NCBI GenBank assembly: GCA_002269645.1
Contig: NIVC01000105.1
Location: 39,992 to 103,991 of the forward strand
Direction: 5' to 3'
DNA length: 64,000 bases
Origin: Macrostomum lignano
Lineage: Eukaryota
In this document: piece by piece, positions 1 to 11,525 of the stretch
How the letters are laid out: every line of letters begins with the position of its first letter
Numbering within the stretch: the first letter of the stretch is position 1
Translations under genes and position numbers: made by a program
The notes under the pieces: model-generated
What the model saw: only the letters and a program-made list of their open reading frames with translations
Told to the model about the DNA's origin: nothing
The model's database searches: none

Positions 1-757
1 GATCACGGCTTGGAACACTCAGAGACGACCGAAGACGGTTGAACCTGACCAAACAATGTGTAAAGAGCCGACTTTCGTGGAAAGCAGTCAGTGAATGACA
101 GGCATGTTCTACTATTTCTCAAGCAAACACTAATTGAAAACCAAAAAAATTTTTTTGAAATCGGACTGTGAATTTATCTTTTGAATCCGTGGTGTTCCTT
201 GGTTTTACTATTTGCATTGATAATCTCATAGCTACGTTTTCATATTTATGCAGATCATGCAGTCATGACTAAGCTCTTGTGCACAACATTTAATTGAGTC
301 TATCGAATATTTACCATTGAATACATGTATACGAATTCTATAAATTATCAGACATAAAAAGATTACATACTCGTAGCTAGATACTTGCTTCATTTTCAGA
401 TCAAAATTCTAAAGGAGATACATCGAAGCGACAATACAGTGTGATATAGGGCAAAACAATACAATTTCTAACTCGTTATAGAACTTTGCAGTAAAACAAA
501 TCTACAGTTAAAAATTGCTACGTGATTAATTACGCTATACGCTCGTACGCCTGCTTGCGAAAGCAAGTTGACTTATGAGCGCGTAGATAAAGCCTATGCA
601 AACGGTGTGAGCTCACACAAAACCAATATGAGTCTATGATTTGCGCAATGGTTCAGCAATACATGTACATTCCCACTGCAGCAGTCTGTCTAGTTTGATT
701 ACTAAGTCTGTCAACTTCCCGATACGCAACCAATCGATATCAACCAGCGTATTTGAG

Positions 758-764
758 TATATAA
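758..764 (+). promoter_or_regulatory. Candidate TATA box of channel copy 1
   Basis: TATATAA about 75 nt upstream of ATG 836. A similar AGTATAACC lies about 65 nt upstream of copy 3 (6666-6674). Confidence 0.3.
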
Positions 765-835
765 CCAATTAACTGTCCAACACACTAGTTAGCCAGACGC
801 TTTATCCTCCTAGGCTCGCAATATTACCGAACAAA

Positions 836-2452
836 ATGAAGCAGCAAGTCAAGGCGGCCTTAGAATCGACCTCAGCTCACGGTCTACCGAGAACCGTGAG
901 CAGTAAACCGCTGCTCATCCGTCTAATATGGGTGGCTTTATTTCTTCTCATGGCCGGCTGCTTTTTGCGAGGATTGTTTCTGTTTTCAATAAAGTTTGCT
1001 GCAAATCCGCAAACTAGCACTTTAGAGGCGAACAAAGTGGTGTTCCAGTTTCCCGATATTTACGCCTGTCACGAGACTGCTTTCTCTGCCAGCTACGCAG
1101 TCAATGTGGACAGGATTGCTGCAAATGCGATTAATTCAATAATGAACTCCACAACGCCATCCATACGGGAATACTTAGCAAAAAAGTATCTAAACGAGGC
1201 AGACGAAAGCAAAACCATGCCGCCAAATACATTCTTCTATGTATTCTCTCTACCATACTCGCTTATGGTCGACGCGCTGGCCCACAGAGCCGAGCAATCT
1301 GTCATCTCAAGTGGTGTCCTGTACAGGGAAAAACGCGGCACTCCCCACTACGAACATGTTGAAGCGACCAGCTTCTTTCACCCAATGTACCTTCGGTGCT
1401 ACAAGTGGACGCTGGACAAAGACTTTCAGACTGCCGTGTTGAAGTCCGGCTCGTGGGCCGGCATCACTGCAACGCTGCTCATCGATTCGAGCGCATCGGA
1501 GATCGAATCCAATGGCGCGCCAATTCAGCGCATGGTGTACTCAAACTACAGCTTGCTCTCAGTCTGGGAGTGGTCTCTTTCGCTGCGCGACTACTTCGAG
1601 GCCGACAGGAGCGCCGGAATTCGAGTATTCCTCGCACCGCAAGGCGAATACCCGTCCGAGTTCGTGAGCTCGTTCGTCCTGGGTCCGGGAAAGCACCACA
1701 CAGTTGAAATCGAGATGCTGCAGCAGGAGTACACAGCTGGCCAGTTCTCGTGTCGCGGTGACAGTCCCGCAGTGCAGTTTGTGAATCCGTATGATGACAC
1801 TCCGTACAATCACACCTACAGCTATTCCTACTGCTTCTACAAGTCATATCATGAAATCATTCAAAGATTGTATAATCTCTCGGGCGATATAGGACCTTTG
1901 CCATGGCCTCTTCGAGGTAAAAAATATGTCTTTAACCTGACTGGAGAGCCAAACTTTGCCAGGCTGAAGTTGAACCATTCTGACTATTCGACCATAGAAG
2001 ACGCCATTGCTAATGTCGAGGAAAACTGCCAGTTGGATCGGCCGTGCAGCAGCCTTCAGTACCGCTCGAGCGTCTCCAGCGCTGACTGGCCCATAGACAG
2101 CTCCATCTTCTCCTTCATCAACAGCACGGTCAGGGAGGCCTGGACTCAAGCCAACGCCAGGAACCTCAGCGTGCCTGCTCTGGACTTTCTAATGACTGGA
2201 AACGATTCGGTTGTGTCATCGTATGTTCGTAAGAACCTGCTTAAAGTGCACTTTAAACCGTCGCAAACGCTAAGCGATAAAATTGTGTTCTCAAGGGACT
2301 ATGGACTGGAGAACTTTGTTGCAGAAATTGGCGGCACTATGGGAATCTACCTGGGCATGTCGCTGCTCACCTTGTGCGAACTATTCGAACTAATTTACAA
2401 TATTGTCGCTATCTACAAGTCGAAGAAGTCGCAGCAACAAGTTGAAAACTGA
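836..2452 (+). CDS. DEG/ENaC-family ion channel subunit, copy 1 (538 aa, single exon)
   Basis: N-terminal STSAHGLPR (HG motif), hydrophobic TM1, FQFPDIYAC, YLRCYKW, GIRVFL..GEYP..F.LGPG, SSADWP, and TM2 NFVAEIGGTMGIYLGMSLLTLCELFEL with the GxS filter. Uninterrupted ORF. Confidence 0.93.
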   Translation: MKQQVKAALESTSAHGLPRTVSSKPLLIRLIWVALFLLMAGCFLRGLFLFSIKFAANPQTSTLEANKVVFQFPDIYACHETAFSASYAVNVDRIAANAINSIMNSTTPSIREYLAKKYLNEADESKTMPPNTFFYVFSLPYSLMVDALAHRAEQSVISSGVLYREKRGTPHYEHVEATSFFHPMYLRCYKWTLDKDFQTAVLKSGSWAGITATLLIDSSASEIESNGAPIQRMVYSNYSLLSVWEWSLSLRDYFEADRSAGIRVFLAPQGEYPSEFVSSFVLGPGKHHTVEIEMLQQEYTAGQFSCRGDSPAVQFVNPYDDTPYNHTYSYSYCFYKSYHEIIQRLYNLSGDIGPLPWPLRGKKYVFNLTGEPNFARLKLNHSDYSTIEDAIANVEENCQLDRPCSSLQYRSSVSSADWPIDSSIFSFINSTVREAWTQANARNLSVPALDFLMTGNDSVVSSYVRKNLLKVHFKPSQTLSDKIVFSRDYGLENFVAEIGGTMGIYLGMSLLTLCELFELIYNIVAIYKSKKSQQQVEN

Positions 2453-3050
2453 GTAGGGCAATAATATATTTTCAAAACGAATGTCGTCACTATATTGGTC
2501 ATATGCCGGATTTCATCATTCATATTTTAATATTTCACACGTAAAATTTCGTTGGGGTACTTTTCAATAGTAGATATAAAGACAAAACTTGCTAATCATT
2601 AAAATTCACTCATATAGAATTGTATTTCTGTAACATAAGTCAAAGTTTTGTTATTATTTGCCTCCTAACATGAATGGGAAATTTCGTTCGTGTTTTCTAC
2701 CACTCACGAACAGTGGCCAGTGCAATAAAGGTTTATCGCGTCCTTTTCAACCCATAGTCCAGTGACATACAGCAGATATGTTGCTAAGCAACGAATAGGC
2801 AAACAATAGACGCTTCCGACAATAACTGAGAGATGGAGACAATGCTGGGATTAAGTGAAGAGGGAAATTGGCGTTCCTAATTTGGCACCGAGTGGGCATC
2901 GGTCAATTGATTACTAACTCTAATAAGGCAAATTACTCACATCAGCCTCGCAGAGAGATACGAGGACAAAGCAAGCCAGTTCATCTGCTAATATATTTGA
3001 GTCAGGCATACTCTGAGCCACCTTGTCGCTAAAGACCCATAACAGAAGGC

Positions 3051-4694
3051 ATGCATCACCTGAGAGCTGCTCTCGAGACCACTACGGCTCACGGCCTGTC
3101 GCGCCTTGTCACCGGCAAGCCCCTGTACGTGAGAGTCGCCTGGCTACTGCTGTTCTGCGTCACCATGGCGCTGTTTCTCCGCGGTTTCGTCGAGTTTGTT
3201 GGGAAGCTTCGATCCAATCCGGCAACAAACTCGCTGGAAGTGAACGGCGCCAGCTTCCAGTTTCCTGACGTGTACGTCTGCTTTGAAAATCCGATCTCGG
3301 GCAGCTATGCCGCTAATCTCCATCCCTATTCAGCTGCCGAAATTAACAAGAGAATCACTCAGACCTTTGATATACTGTCAGCATACAGCTACCTGGGAAG
3401 CAGTGACCCCGATTTATTGATTAGAGGCTTTTCGTTTGTTCAGCCTCACTCTTTACCGTATCAACTGCTGGTGGATACTTTAGGAAAAAGGCATGAGCAG
3501 AGCATTTTAGTCGGCGGCATAGTTTACAAAGACTCGGCTGGAATGCCGCACTACCGTAAGTTGAATAGCAGTATATTCTATCATCCGATTCACCTGGGAT
3601 GCGCCAAATTCGTGCTCAGTGGCGCCGAAGCCGAGCTTTTAGGAAGAAGCGGAGCCAATTCCGGACTGCTACTCAAAGTTCTACTCGATGAAAACTCCTC
3701 ATATATACCGGCGAACGGAGCGCCCATCAGAGACGCCGTGTACACGATGGAGTCTGCAATACCGGTCTCCGACTGGAGCCTCTCGTCCGGCGATCTCTTA
3801 GCCCCGGACCGAGCATCGGGACTTCGAATCTACTTGGCGCCTCCCGGCGAGTACCCGACCGACTTTGTGACCTCATTTTCACTCGGCCCGGGAAAGTATC
3901 ACACCGTGGAGATTGACATGAAGCAGCAGGAGTACAAGGCTGGCCAGTTCGACTGCCTGAGCCCGATGCCGGATGTGCAGTTCTTGAATCCGTACCACCG
4001 GACGCCGTACAATCATTCTTACAGCTACTCATACTGTTTCTACTATGAGTACCAAAGTCTCTACCAGAGAGCGCTGAACATGTCCGGGGATAAGACCCCG
4101 ATGCCTTGGGAACTGAGACACAAAGATTACATGTTCAATGTCACTTCAACGCCGAATATTCTTGATATTTACCCGAACTCAGAGTTAATCAATAATATTG
4201 ACGATGTTCAACAGCATGCAACAAAAGCTTGCGAGTCCAAGAGACCCTGTAGCACTCTTGAATACAGCGTGAGAATATCCAGCTCCGACTGGCCAACACA
4301 AGGATCGCTCACTGGATTCGTCAACAGCACAGTAGGAGCCGTGTGGCTCCAAGCAAATATGTTTCACCTGGAAGTGCCAGTGCTTGACTTTTTATTCAAC
4401 GGTAGTGACGTTGACGTGCTCACTTACCTGAGAAAGAATCTTCTTAAAGTGTTTTTCAAGCCGAAGAGTCTGCAATGCGACAAGGTCAGCTTTTCTAGAG
4501 ACTACGGAGTGTCCAATTTCATATCGGACGTTGGCGGAATCATGGGCATCTACTTGGGAATGTCGATTCTAACTTTGTGCGAGGTTTTCGAACTAATCTA
4601 CGATCTGATTAGCTATTGCAACTCACAGCGCAAAGCAAAGAGTTCCACTTCGGTGGCAGCTTCGTCCGAGATGTCAGTCAAAACACTGCATTGA
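3051..4694 (+). CDS. DEG/ENaC-family ion channel subunit, copy 2 (547 aa, single exon; appears the most divergent paralog)
   Basis: TTTAHGLSR, TM1, FQFPDVYVC, HLGCAKF, YSYSYC, SSSDWP, TM2 FISDVGGIMGIYLGMSILTLCE. Confidence 0.92.
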   Translation: MHHLRAALETTTAHGLSRLVTGKPLYVRVAWLLLFCVTMALFLRGFVEFVGKLRSNPATNSLEVNGASFQFPDVYVCFENPISGSYAANLHPYSAAEINKRITQTFDILSAYSYLGSSDPDLLIRGFSFVQPHSLPYQLLVDTLGKRHEQSILVGGIVYKDSAGMPHYRKLNSSIFYHPIHLGCAKFVLSGAEAELLGRSGANSGLLLKVLLDENSSYIPANGAPIRDAVYTMESAIPVSDWSLSSGDLLAPDRASGLRIYLAPPGEYPTDFVTSFSLGPGKYHTVEIDMKQQEYKAGQFDCLSPMPDVQFLNPYHRTPYNHSYSYSYCFYYEYQSLYQRALNMSGDKTPMPWELRHKDYMFNVTSTPNILDIYPNSELINNIDDVQQHATKACESKRPCSTLEYSVRISSSDWPTQGSLTGFVNSTVGAVWLQANMFHLEVPVLDFLFNGSDVDVLTYLRKNLLKVFFKPKSLQCDKVSFSRDYGVSNFISDVGGIMGIYLGMSILTLCEVFELIYDLISYCNSQRKAKSSTSVAASSEMSVKTLH

Positions 4695-6283
4695 AATGTC
4701 GATTAAAGAGACTCTGCTTTTAATTAATCAGACAATTACCTCTCTGAGAAATCAAAGCTTCAATAATTCTCTTATAATCAAGATTCGTGTGGGCTGAAAT
4801 TAATTTTTACGAAAACTAAATTAAAACCGTTTGTTCAGATAATGTAACCAGTGGTTCAAACGAGTTTGTAGGCGTGCCCTTTAATTTCAATAATTCAAAT
4901 GTGCAAACTTATTCAGCCGTGGATACGTCGCTCTAATGATCACGGCTCGTTCCTAACTTCCCATGGGAATGAGGCGTCAAGTCACTTTACATGAAGTATC
5001 CCCAGTCTTTACTTGCATGCGAGCACTTCCTTGGGCACCGATATGTATTGTTGAAGTCTGGGTTATTTTGTGTCCTATAAATGCAAACTCTACTAGATTG
5101 TTCGATTCCTTAATTTGCATCCCAGTGACTTCGCACACTTTTGTCTTGTTATTTCCTTTATGCAACGATTACTCTTCATTTAGGCCTTGCTATAATTAAC
5201 TATTGCTGTAGCCTACACTAAGCAACAGTATCAATTTTCTTAGAATGCTTTTCTGATACAGTAAATTTATTCTGCACCCCGTAATTCAGGTATTTCACTT
5301 CTACATGCTAAAGCAATTTCGATAAAAGATTATTTTTAGAAAACAGCTTGATTCACTCGTACATTGCAAGTTCCTCAGTAGCATACAAATGTTTAACAAT
5401 GAAGATGCTTTCTACATGTTGTTGACGACGATAATATAATATAACAACGACCATAACGACAAAGACGATGTCCATGTTTTCAAATTAACCTGTCGACTCA
5501 TTGGCTCATTGGACATTATTTTGTCAACTAGCTCGTACAGCTAGTGACGACCTTTTCTAAAAGTGTTCTTTGTTACATTTATAAATGAGCTTAAGGGATG
5601 AGGGTTCACAGGAATCATATCCGAGCTGGATAAACACTCAATAGATAGTTCATAATTTAATTTTACTCGTTACTAGATGCTTCGGTCCTCTTCTAGCCCT
5701 CCGCTTCTTTGAGATAGCGATGATGTGTCTCCGTTGGCAGCGTCAGGTTGTCTGGTAGCGGCGGGGGGATGTCAGCGCGTTAACAATGGCGTCGAAGTCA
5801 ATAATCTGAGGTAGAGGTTGATTCATTCATAAAATGCTACTGTGAGTGAGTAATAAAACACTCGAAGTACAAACACTATCCTTGAAACGATTTCGATACC
5901 CTAAGAGGATTTATTAATTTTTGATTAACGATTGGTTTCTTTACTCTAGAGTTAAAAATTGGTGAACTCAACTCCAATTCCGTTATTTCTAAAAGAAGAC
6001 GTCCTTTCTGTTTTTTTCTTGTATTATTAGGCCACATCTCTGATTTCGCTTACTGAACTCAAGGAATAACGCTAACGCCGACGAGTTGAACTGTTTCGTA
6101 AACTAACATCGGTCTTGTATACGGCAACTGTCAGAATTAAAGAAGAGAACACCGCGCGCAGAAAAACCAGAACAACAGGAAGAGGAGCACGCTAGATCGC
6201 TAGAAGTAAGTGATTACAAAATTTTGTTCCCAGACTTGCGGTCTGAAAGTGGGAGTTCGTGCGTTTAGACATTCTTACATAAT

Positions 6284-6286
<3 letters not shown>

Positions 6287-6313
<27 letters not shown>
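6287..6313. repeat. (CT)n microsatellite
   Basis: Run of ct dinucleotides. Confidence 0.9.
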
Positions 6314-6318
<5 letters not shown>

Positions 6319-6516
6319 ACTCTCCGGTGTGCTAAAGCGATCTCTTCATGGCCACTTTTAAATACTGCTGAGAGCGAATGATACGACAGAGCAATAGAAA
6401 ATGTAGCTGACCAGTCTGCAAAATAGGTTTATCAGTGACGCGCACACACAGGTTTTTTATTTCTACAATAATGGAAATCAATTAGCTGCACTGACACACG
6501 CTTTTGCTTGTGATTT

Positions 6517-6526
6517 GGCAAACAAT
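6517..6526 (+). promoter_or_regulatory. Forkhead-like motif (GGCAAACAAT) shared among channel upstream regions
   Basis: Identical 10-mer at 2798-2807 upstream of copy 2. The GCAAACA core is found upstream of all seven copies and fits the RYAAAYA forkhead consensus. Confidence 0.3.
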
Positions 6527-6733
6527 CGGTAGATTTGATGAGTATTTTATGCTATTAACTGAGCTGGTCATTAATTAGCATGACATTAGCTCAACAAATA
6601 AATCCTTTCAACTGAACTTTTCGCAAATAGATTGTTTGCAATCAGCCAGAAAACCGGGGCTAAAAAGTATAACCGATCTGTAGAGCAAGCAGTTAAGTAG
6701 ATTTGTTCCTAGCAAAAACCTCAACTGAGCAGC

Positions 6734-8395
6734 ATGAAGCAGCTGTTTCGATCAGCGCTGGAGTCCAGCAGTGCTCATGGACTGCCGAGAACGGTCAGCA
6801 GCAAGAAACCACTGTTTGTCAGGCTGATCTGGTTGGCTCTGTTCGCCTTCATGCTTGTCTTGTTTTTAAACAGCCTAGTTCGATTCACTGAGAAACTCAT
6901 CGCGAATCCGCAAACCAGCTCGATTGAGGCGAACTCCGTCACCTTCCAGTTTCCGGATATTTACGCCTGCCATGAAACTCCCGTGTCGGCCAGCTACGCG
7001 GTAAATGTAGACAAGAAGATGGCACTGGAGATCAACTCTCTATTAAGTAATACAACAAGGAAAATTCGACAATTTTTTACAACTAGAAATCAGTCTGGTA
7101 GGGACGAAAACATTCGGCCGGTTACATTCGCTTACGTGCATTCGCTTCCCTACTCGCTTTTGGTCGACGCGCTGGCCCACAGGGCCGAGCAATCTGTCAT
7201 CTCAAGTGGCGTCCTGTATAGAGGAAAACGCAGCACTCCCCAGTACAAACATATTGAAGCGACCAGCTTCTTTCATCCCACGTACCTTCGGTGCTCGAAG
7301 TGGACCCTGGACAAAGACTGGCAGAAAACCGTGTTGAAGTCCGGCTCGTGGGCCGGCATCACTGCAACGCTGCTCATCGACTCGAGCGCATCGGAAATCG
7401 AATCCAATGGCGCGCCAATTCAGCGCATGGTGTACTCAAACCACAGTCTGCTCTCGGTCTGGGAGTGGTCTCTATCAATGCGTGACATCTTTGAGCCAGA
7501 CAGGAGCGCCGGAATTCGAGTATTCCTCGCACCGCAAGGCGAATACCCGTCCGAGTTCGTGAGCTCGTTCGTCCTGGGTCCGGGAAAGCACCACACAGTC
7601 GAAATCGAGATGCTGCAGCAGGAGTACACAGCTGGCCAGTTCTCGTGTCGCGGTGACAGTCCCGCCGTGCAGTTTGTGAATCCGTACGATGACACTCCGT
7701 ACAATCACACCTACAGCTATTCCTACTGCTACTACGCGTTGTATAACAAAGGTCTTCAAGAAACGCTTAACATGTCCGGAGGGATCGGTCCTCTGCCATG
7801 GCCTTTGAGAGGGAAGAACCATGCATTCAATTTTACCGGCGAGCCCAGCCTGGCAGACACGTCCGCGGCTGAGGTGAAGCCCGACTTTTTTACTGAACTG
7901 CTTGACAATATCGATAAATACTGTCAGCTGCAACGTCCGTGCTCCAGCCAGCAGTACAAGGCTAGTGTCACCAGTGCTAAATGGCCAACTCAAAGCTCGC
8001 TTGCTTCCTTCATCAACAGCTCGGTGAAGCAGACCTGGACTCAAGCCAAGGCCAGGAACCTCAGTGTACCTGCGCTAGACTTTCTGATGACAGGAAACGC
8101 ACCCAGTGTCGCTTCGTTTATTCAAGAGAATGTTTTGAAAGTGCAGTTTAAGCCGCTTGCTGCACTCTGCAATAAAGTGGTGTTCTCAAGGGAATACGGC
8201 TTGGAAAACTTTGTATCGGATATCGGAGGCGTCATGGGAATTTATCTGGGCATGTCACTACTAACTCTTTGCGAACTGCTTGAGCTGCTGTATGACACTC
8301 TTGCTTGGTGCACTTCAAAGAGTAGACATTCCGCGAATGCAGTTGGGAGTCATGTCGCCTCCTCGAAAGCCACATCTGTTCTAGAAATAAGCTGA
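6734..8395 (+). CDS. DEG/ENaC-family ion channel subunit, copy 3 (553 aa, single exon; closest to copy 1)
   Basis: SSSAHGLPR, FQFPDIYAC, YLRCSKW, YSYSYC, SAKWP, TM2 FVSDIGGVMGIYLGMSLLTLCE. Confidence 0.93.
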   Translation: MKQLFRSALESSSAHGLPRTVSSKKPLFVRLIWLALFAFMLVLFLNSLVRFTEKLIANPQTSSIEANSVTFQFPDIYACHETPVSASYAVNVDKKMALEINSLLSNTTRKIRQFFTTRNQSGRDENIRPVTFAYVHSLPYSLLVDALAHRAEQSVISSGVLYRGKRSTPQYKHIEATSFFHPTYLRCSKWTLDKDWQKTVLKSGSWAGITATLLIDSSASEIESNGAPIQRMVYSNHSLLSVWEWSLSMRDIFEPDRSAGIRVFLAPQGEYPSEFVSSFVLGPGKHHTVEIEMLQQEYTAGQFSCRGDSPAVQFVNPYDDTPYNHTYSYSYCYYALYNKGLQETLNMSGGIGPLPWPLRGKNHAFNFTGEPSLADTSAAEVKPDFFTELLDNIDKYCQLQRPCSSQQYKASVTSAKWPTQSSLASFINSSVKQTWTQAKARNLSVPALDFLMTGNAPSVASFIQENVLKVQFKPLAALCNKVVFSREYGLENFVSDIGGVMGIYLGMSLLTLCELLELLYDTLAWCTSKSRHSANAVGSHVASSKATSVLEIS

Positions 8396-9224
8396 GTTTT
8401 TTGCAGCTGAAATTCAAGTTTGAATCAGCTTTTTAAACTTATTATACGACTCATTAATGCCGTAATGAGCGCATGCAGCGCTGCATCCTTTATACTTTTT
8501 TTATAGCCTTTAACTTTGCAATGTTTATCATTGACAAGGCCTTTAATAAAGCATTAAGTGGTTTTTTATTGTTTATCGATGCTACCCTAACTTCTCTGAC
8601 GAGACTTCTTATTCGAGAATTGTCTGACGAAAAATGTACTGTTTTCTATTTACGTATATATATTATCCAAACAAAGGTTTTTCCCAACAAAAGCGTAATT
8701 GTAGCAAAAATCGTGTGTATCAGACCTGATGTGATGCGAGCCAGTGAAATTTACTTTCTATCCTGACTTACTGATCACAAATGTCGAAAGATTTAATAAT
8801 ACTGCTAAAGCTGTACAGGAAAAGATGAAGTTAATGCAATGAGTTTGGCAAACATATTCTATCAACTGCCAATCTATCAAATCTATTGCCGAGGCCGCTT
8901 CTATCGGCAATAAATTCGATTATTGGCAATAAAAAATGAGCTATTATCAGAAAGGCAGACCAGGGAAAAGGAAATGTTTGACGTATAAATCAAAGCCATT
9001 ATTTATTCAGTAAATATACGCTTACAAGAATTGATTGCAAAGCACTCAAGGCCCTCGTATGTGAATTTAACATTGATAAGTTTCTGTTCATGCTAATTCC
9101 GATTAATTTAAGCACTGGCTCAAAACGAGAACCGTTGGTGTGCGCAGTATTAGTACAACTCATTGACACATCATCAGTTTCTCTCCTAGAATCAAAGTAT
9201 TAAATACACTGCGCCAAGAGAAAT

Positions 9225-10910
9225 ATGCAGCAAGTGAGAATAGCTGTGAGCTCTACGACTTCGCACGGACTGCCAAGAGTCGTGTCGAACAAGCCTGTGT
9301 ATGTGCGGATAGCCTGGCTCCTGCTGTATCTGCTCATGCTCAGCCTGTTTCTCAAGAGCTTCTTTGAATTCGTTCAAAAGCTACAGTCGCAGAAGGTGAC
9401 AACCTCAATAGAATCGGGCGTTGAGACTATCCGTTTCCCGGATGTGTGCATTTGCTTTGAAAATCCGATATCGGGGAGCTACTCCAGCGTCATTGACAAC
9501 AGCACCGCGGCAACAATTAATGCTACCTTCAGCGTTGTGGACGAAGAAATTAGAAGTTTTGCGATCAGGCATAACTATACTGAAAAGAAGCTTCAAGAGC
9601 TAAAAGTAGAAAGCAGCTTCTTATATGTGTTCGGTCTGCCCTACACGATTTTATTTGACAGTCTGTCTCATAGAGTCGAACAGAGCGTCATATCGAGCAG
9701 CATCATCTATATTAACGACGTTGGTGAGCCAACTTATGCTCAGATTGACACAAGAGCTTTTAACCATCCGCAGTACCTTCGATGTCTACAGTGGACAATC
9801 AACAGCACCTGGCAAGAGAAAATGACCACGACCGAGTCGTGGGCTGGACTCACCGTCACCTTGCTGTTGGACACTGACTCGTCATTCTTCGAGCAGAATG
9901 GCTCTCCAATAAAGAAGCGGACATTCATTCCAGATGGCACTGAAGTCCCGATGTCCGATTGGACCTTCTCAATTAGCGGCTACAGAGAGTCGGACAGACT
10001 TGCCGGACTGAAGGTGTTCCTGACTCCGCCTGGCGAGTATCCATCGGACTTCGTGCACTCGTTCTCTCTCGGTCCGGGTAAATATTATACAGTTGAAATT
10101 GGCATGAACCGGCATTGCCTAACTGAAAATCAGTTCGACTGTGTTGGAAGCGGCCATCCAGAAGTCCAGTATGTCGATCCGTACGATATGTCACCGATCA
10201 GCCATGCCTACAGCTATTCCTACTGCTTTTACGAGGCTTACCACCGCTTGACCCAGCAGCTTTTTAATCTGTCCGGGCATATTGGTCCGCTGCCATGGCC
10301 CCTGAGAAGTCGGAAGTATCTGTACAATATCTCTGCCCGACCGCACTTTGCCAGCGTTGACCACGACAGCTCAGTATGGCTTGAACAGACAAAACTAACG
10401 GAAAAGATCCAACAAGCTTGCAAACAGAAGCGGCCCTGCAGCACACTGGACTATGCTGCCAGCATCTCCAGTACCAACTGGCCGACCCAGAACTCCCTCT
10501 TTTCCTTCATCAACAGCTCAGTAAGGCGGACTTGGACTAGAGCCAAATCCAGGAACCTTAGCGTACCAGCGCTCGACTTCCTCATGACCGGAAATGCGTC
10601 CAGTGTGGCGTCGTATGTTCGCAACAATTTGCTGAAGGTGCACTTCAAAGCAAAAAGCGTCAGTGGCGACAGGATCGTTTTTTCTATCGACTATGGATTC
10701 TCGAATTTTGTTTCTGAAGTAGGCGGCGTCATGGGTATCTACTTGGGCATGTCACTATTGACATTATGCGAGCTGCTGGAGCTGCTGCACGACTTTGTTG
10801 CCCGGTTTTGCCGACGGCGCGATGCAGACACATCTCATGGAAGTACTAGTAACGTCGAAGTGTGTAATGTACATGTACAATCGCCTAATTGTAAAATTTC
10901 TCCTCAGTGA
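9225..10910 (+). CDS. DEG/ENaC-family ion channel subunit, copy 4 (561 aa, single exon)
   Basis: STTSHGLPR, IRFPDVCIC, YLRCLQW, YSYSYC, STNWP, TM2 FVSEVGGVMGIYLGMSLLTLCE. Confidence 0.93.
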   Translation: MQQVRIAVSSTTSHGLPRVVSNKPVYVRIAWLLLYLLMLSLFLKSFFEFVQKLQSQKVTTSIESGVETIRFPDVCICFENPISGSYSSVIDNSTAATINATFSVVDEEIRSFAIRHNYTEKKLQELKVESSFLYVFGLPYTILFDSLSHRVEQSVISSSIIYINDVGEPTYAQIDTRAFNHPQYLRCLQWTINSTWQEKMTTTESWAGLTVTLLLDTDSSFFEQNGSPIKKRTFIPDGTEVPMSDWTFSISGYRESDRLAGLKVFLTPPGEYPSDFVHSFSLGPGKYYTVEIGMNRHCLTENQFDCVGSGHPEVQYVDPYDMSPISHAYSYSYCFYEAYHRLTQQLFNLSGHIGPLPWPLRSRKYLYNISARPHFASVDHDSSVWLEQTKLTEKIQQACKQKRPCSTLDYAASISSTNWPTQNSLFSFINSSVRRTWTRAKSRNLSVPALDFLMTGNASSVASYVRNNLLKVHFKAKSVSGDRIVFSIDYGFSNFVSEVGGVMGIYLGMSLLTLCELLELLHDFVARFCRRRDADTSHGSTSNVEVCNVHVQSPNCKISPQ

Positions 10911-11525
10911 ATTTTTATTAGGAAATTATAGCAGAACGTTTAAACAAAAAAGCTATCTATGTGTCAGAGAATTAGTGTCCGTTATATACTCTCGTACGTT
11001 GTTTTGATTGTAAACGCGTAAAATTTAGGCTTGTATTTTATACTGATAAGAACTTTAGTAATGTAATTTTAAAAACAAAAAAATCAATAGAAATTCTATT
11101 TTAAAGAATTTGAAGCGATTCAAGGTGTCGCATATTTAACGTTTTATACACTATAGTCTCTAGTTAGTTTCACTTTAGCTTACCTGTCAATCATCTGCCT
11201 ACTGTGTATTAAGTAGAAGTGTATATAAAAGCGTATTGCAAAAATTAGCAGCTCATGTTGACATAGATTTGAGAATCAAAGTCCATTTGCTTTGCCAACA
11301 TTGCGCTAGCAGTTTAAAATTCGCTAAAACTTTGCTATGACACCTCAGTGCAGATAGCTGTTTGCTCGGCTTATGCAAACAGAAGATAGGTAAATGAGTC
11401 AGCAAATTCTGATATTTGCATCACAAAGCAAACGTAAATGGGATTATTAAATAGACCAAAAACCGTTAGAGAAGCTAAAGTTAAACCAGCTTGTGTTTCA
11501 CGAACAGCCTTGGAGAGGCCACAGC

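Noticed and set aside
5690-5830. GC-richer, coding-like patch on the minus strand (PQIIDFDAIVNAL...)
   Set aside because: Interrupted by stops and no family is recognisable. It may be a decayed element but cannot be supported without a search.
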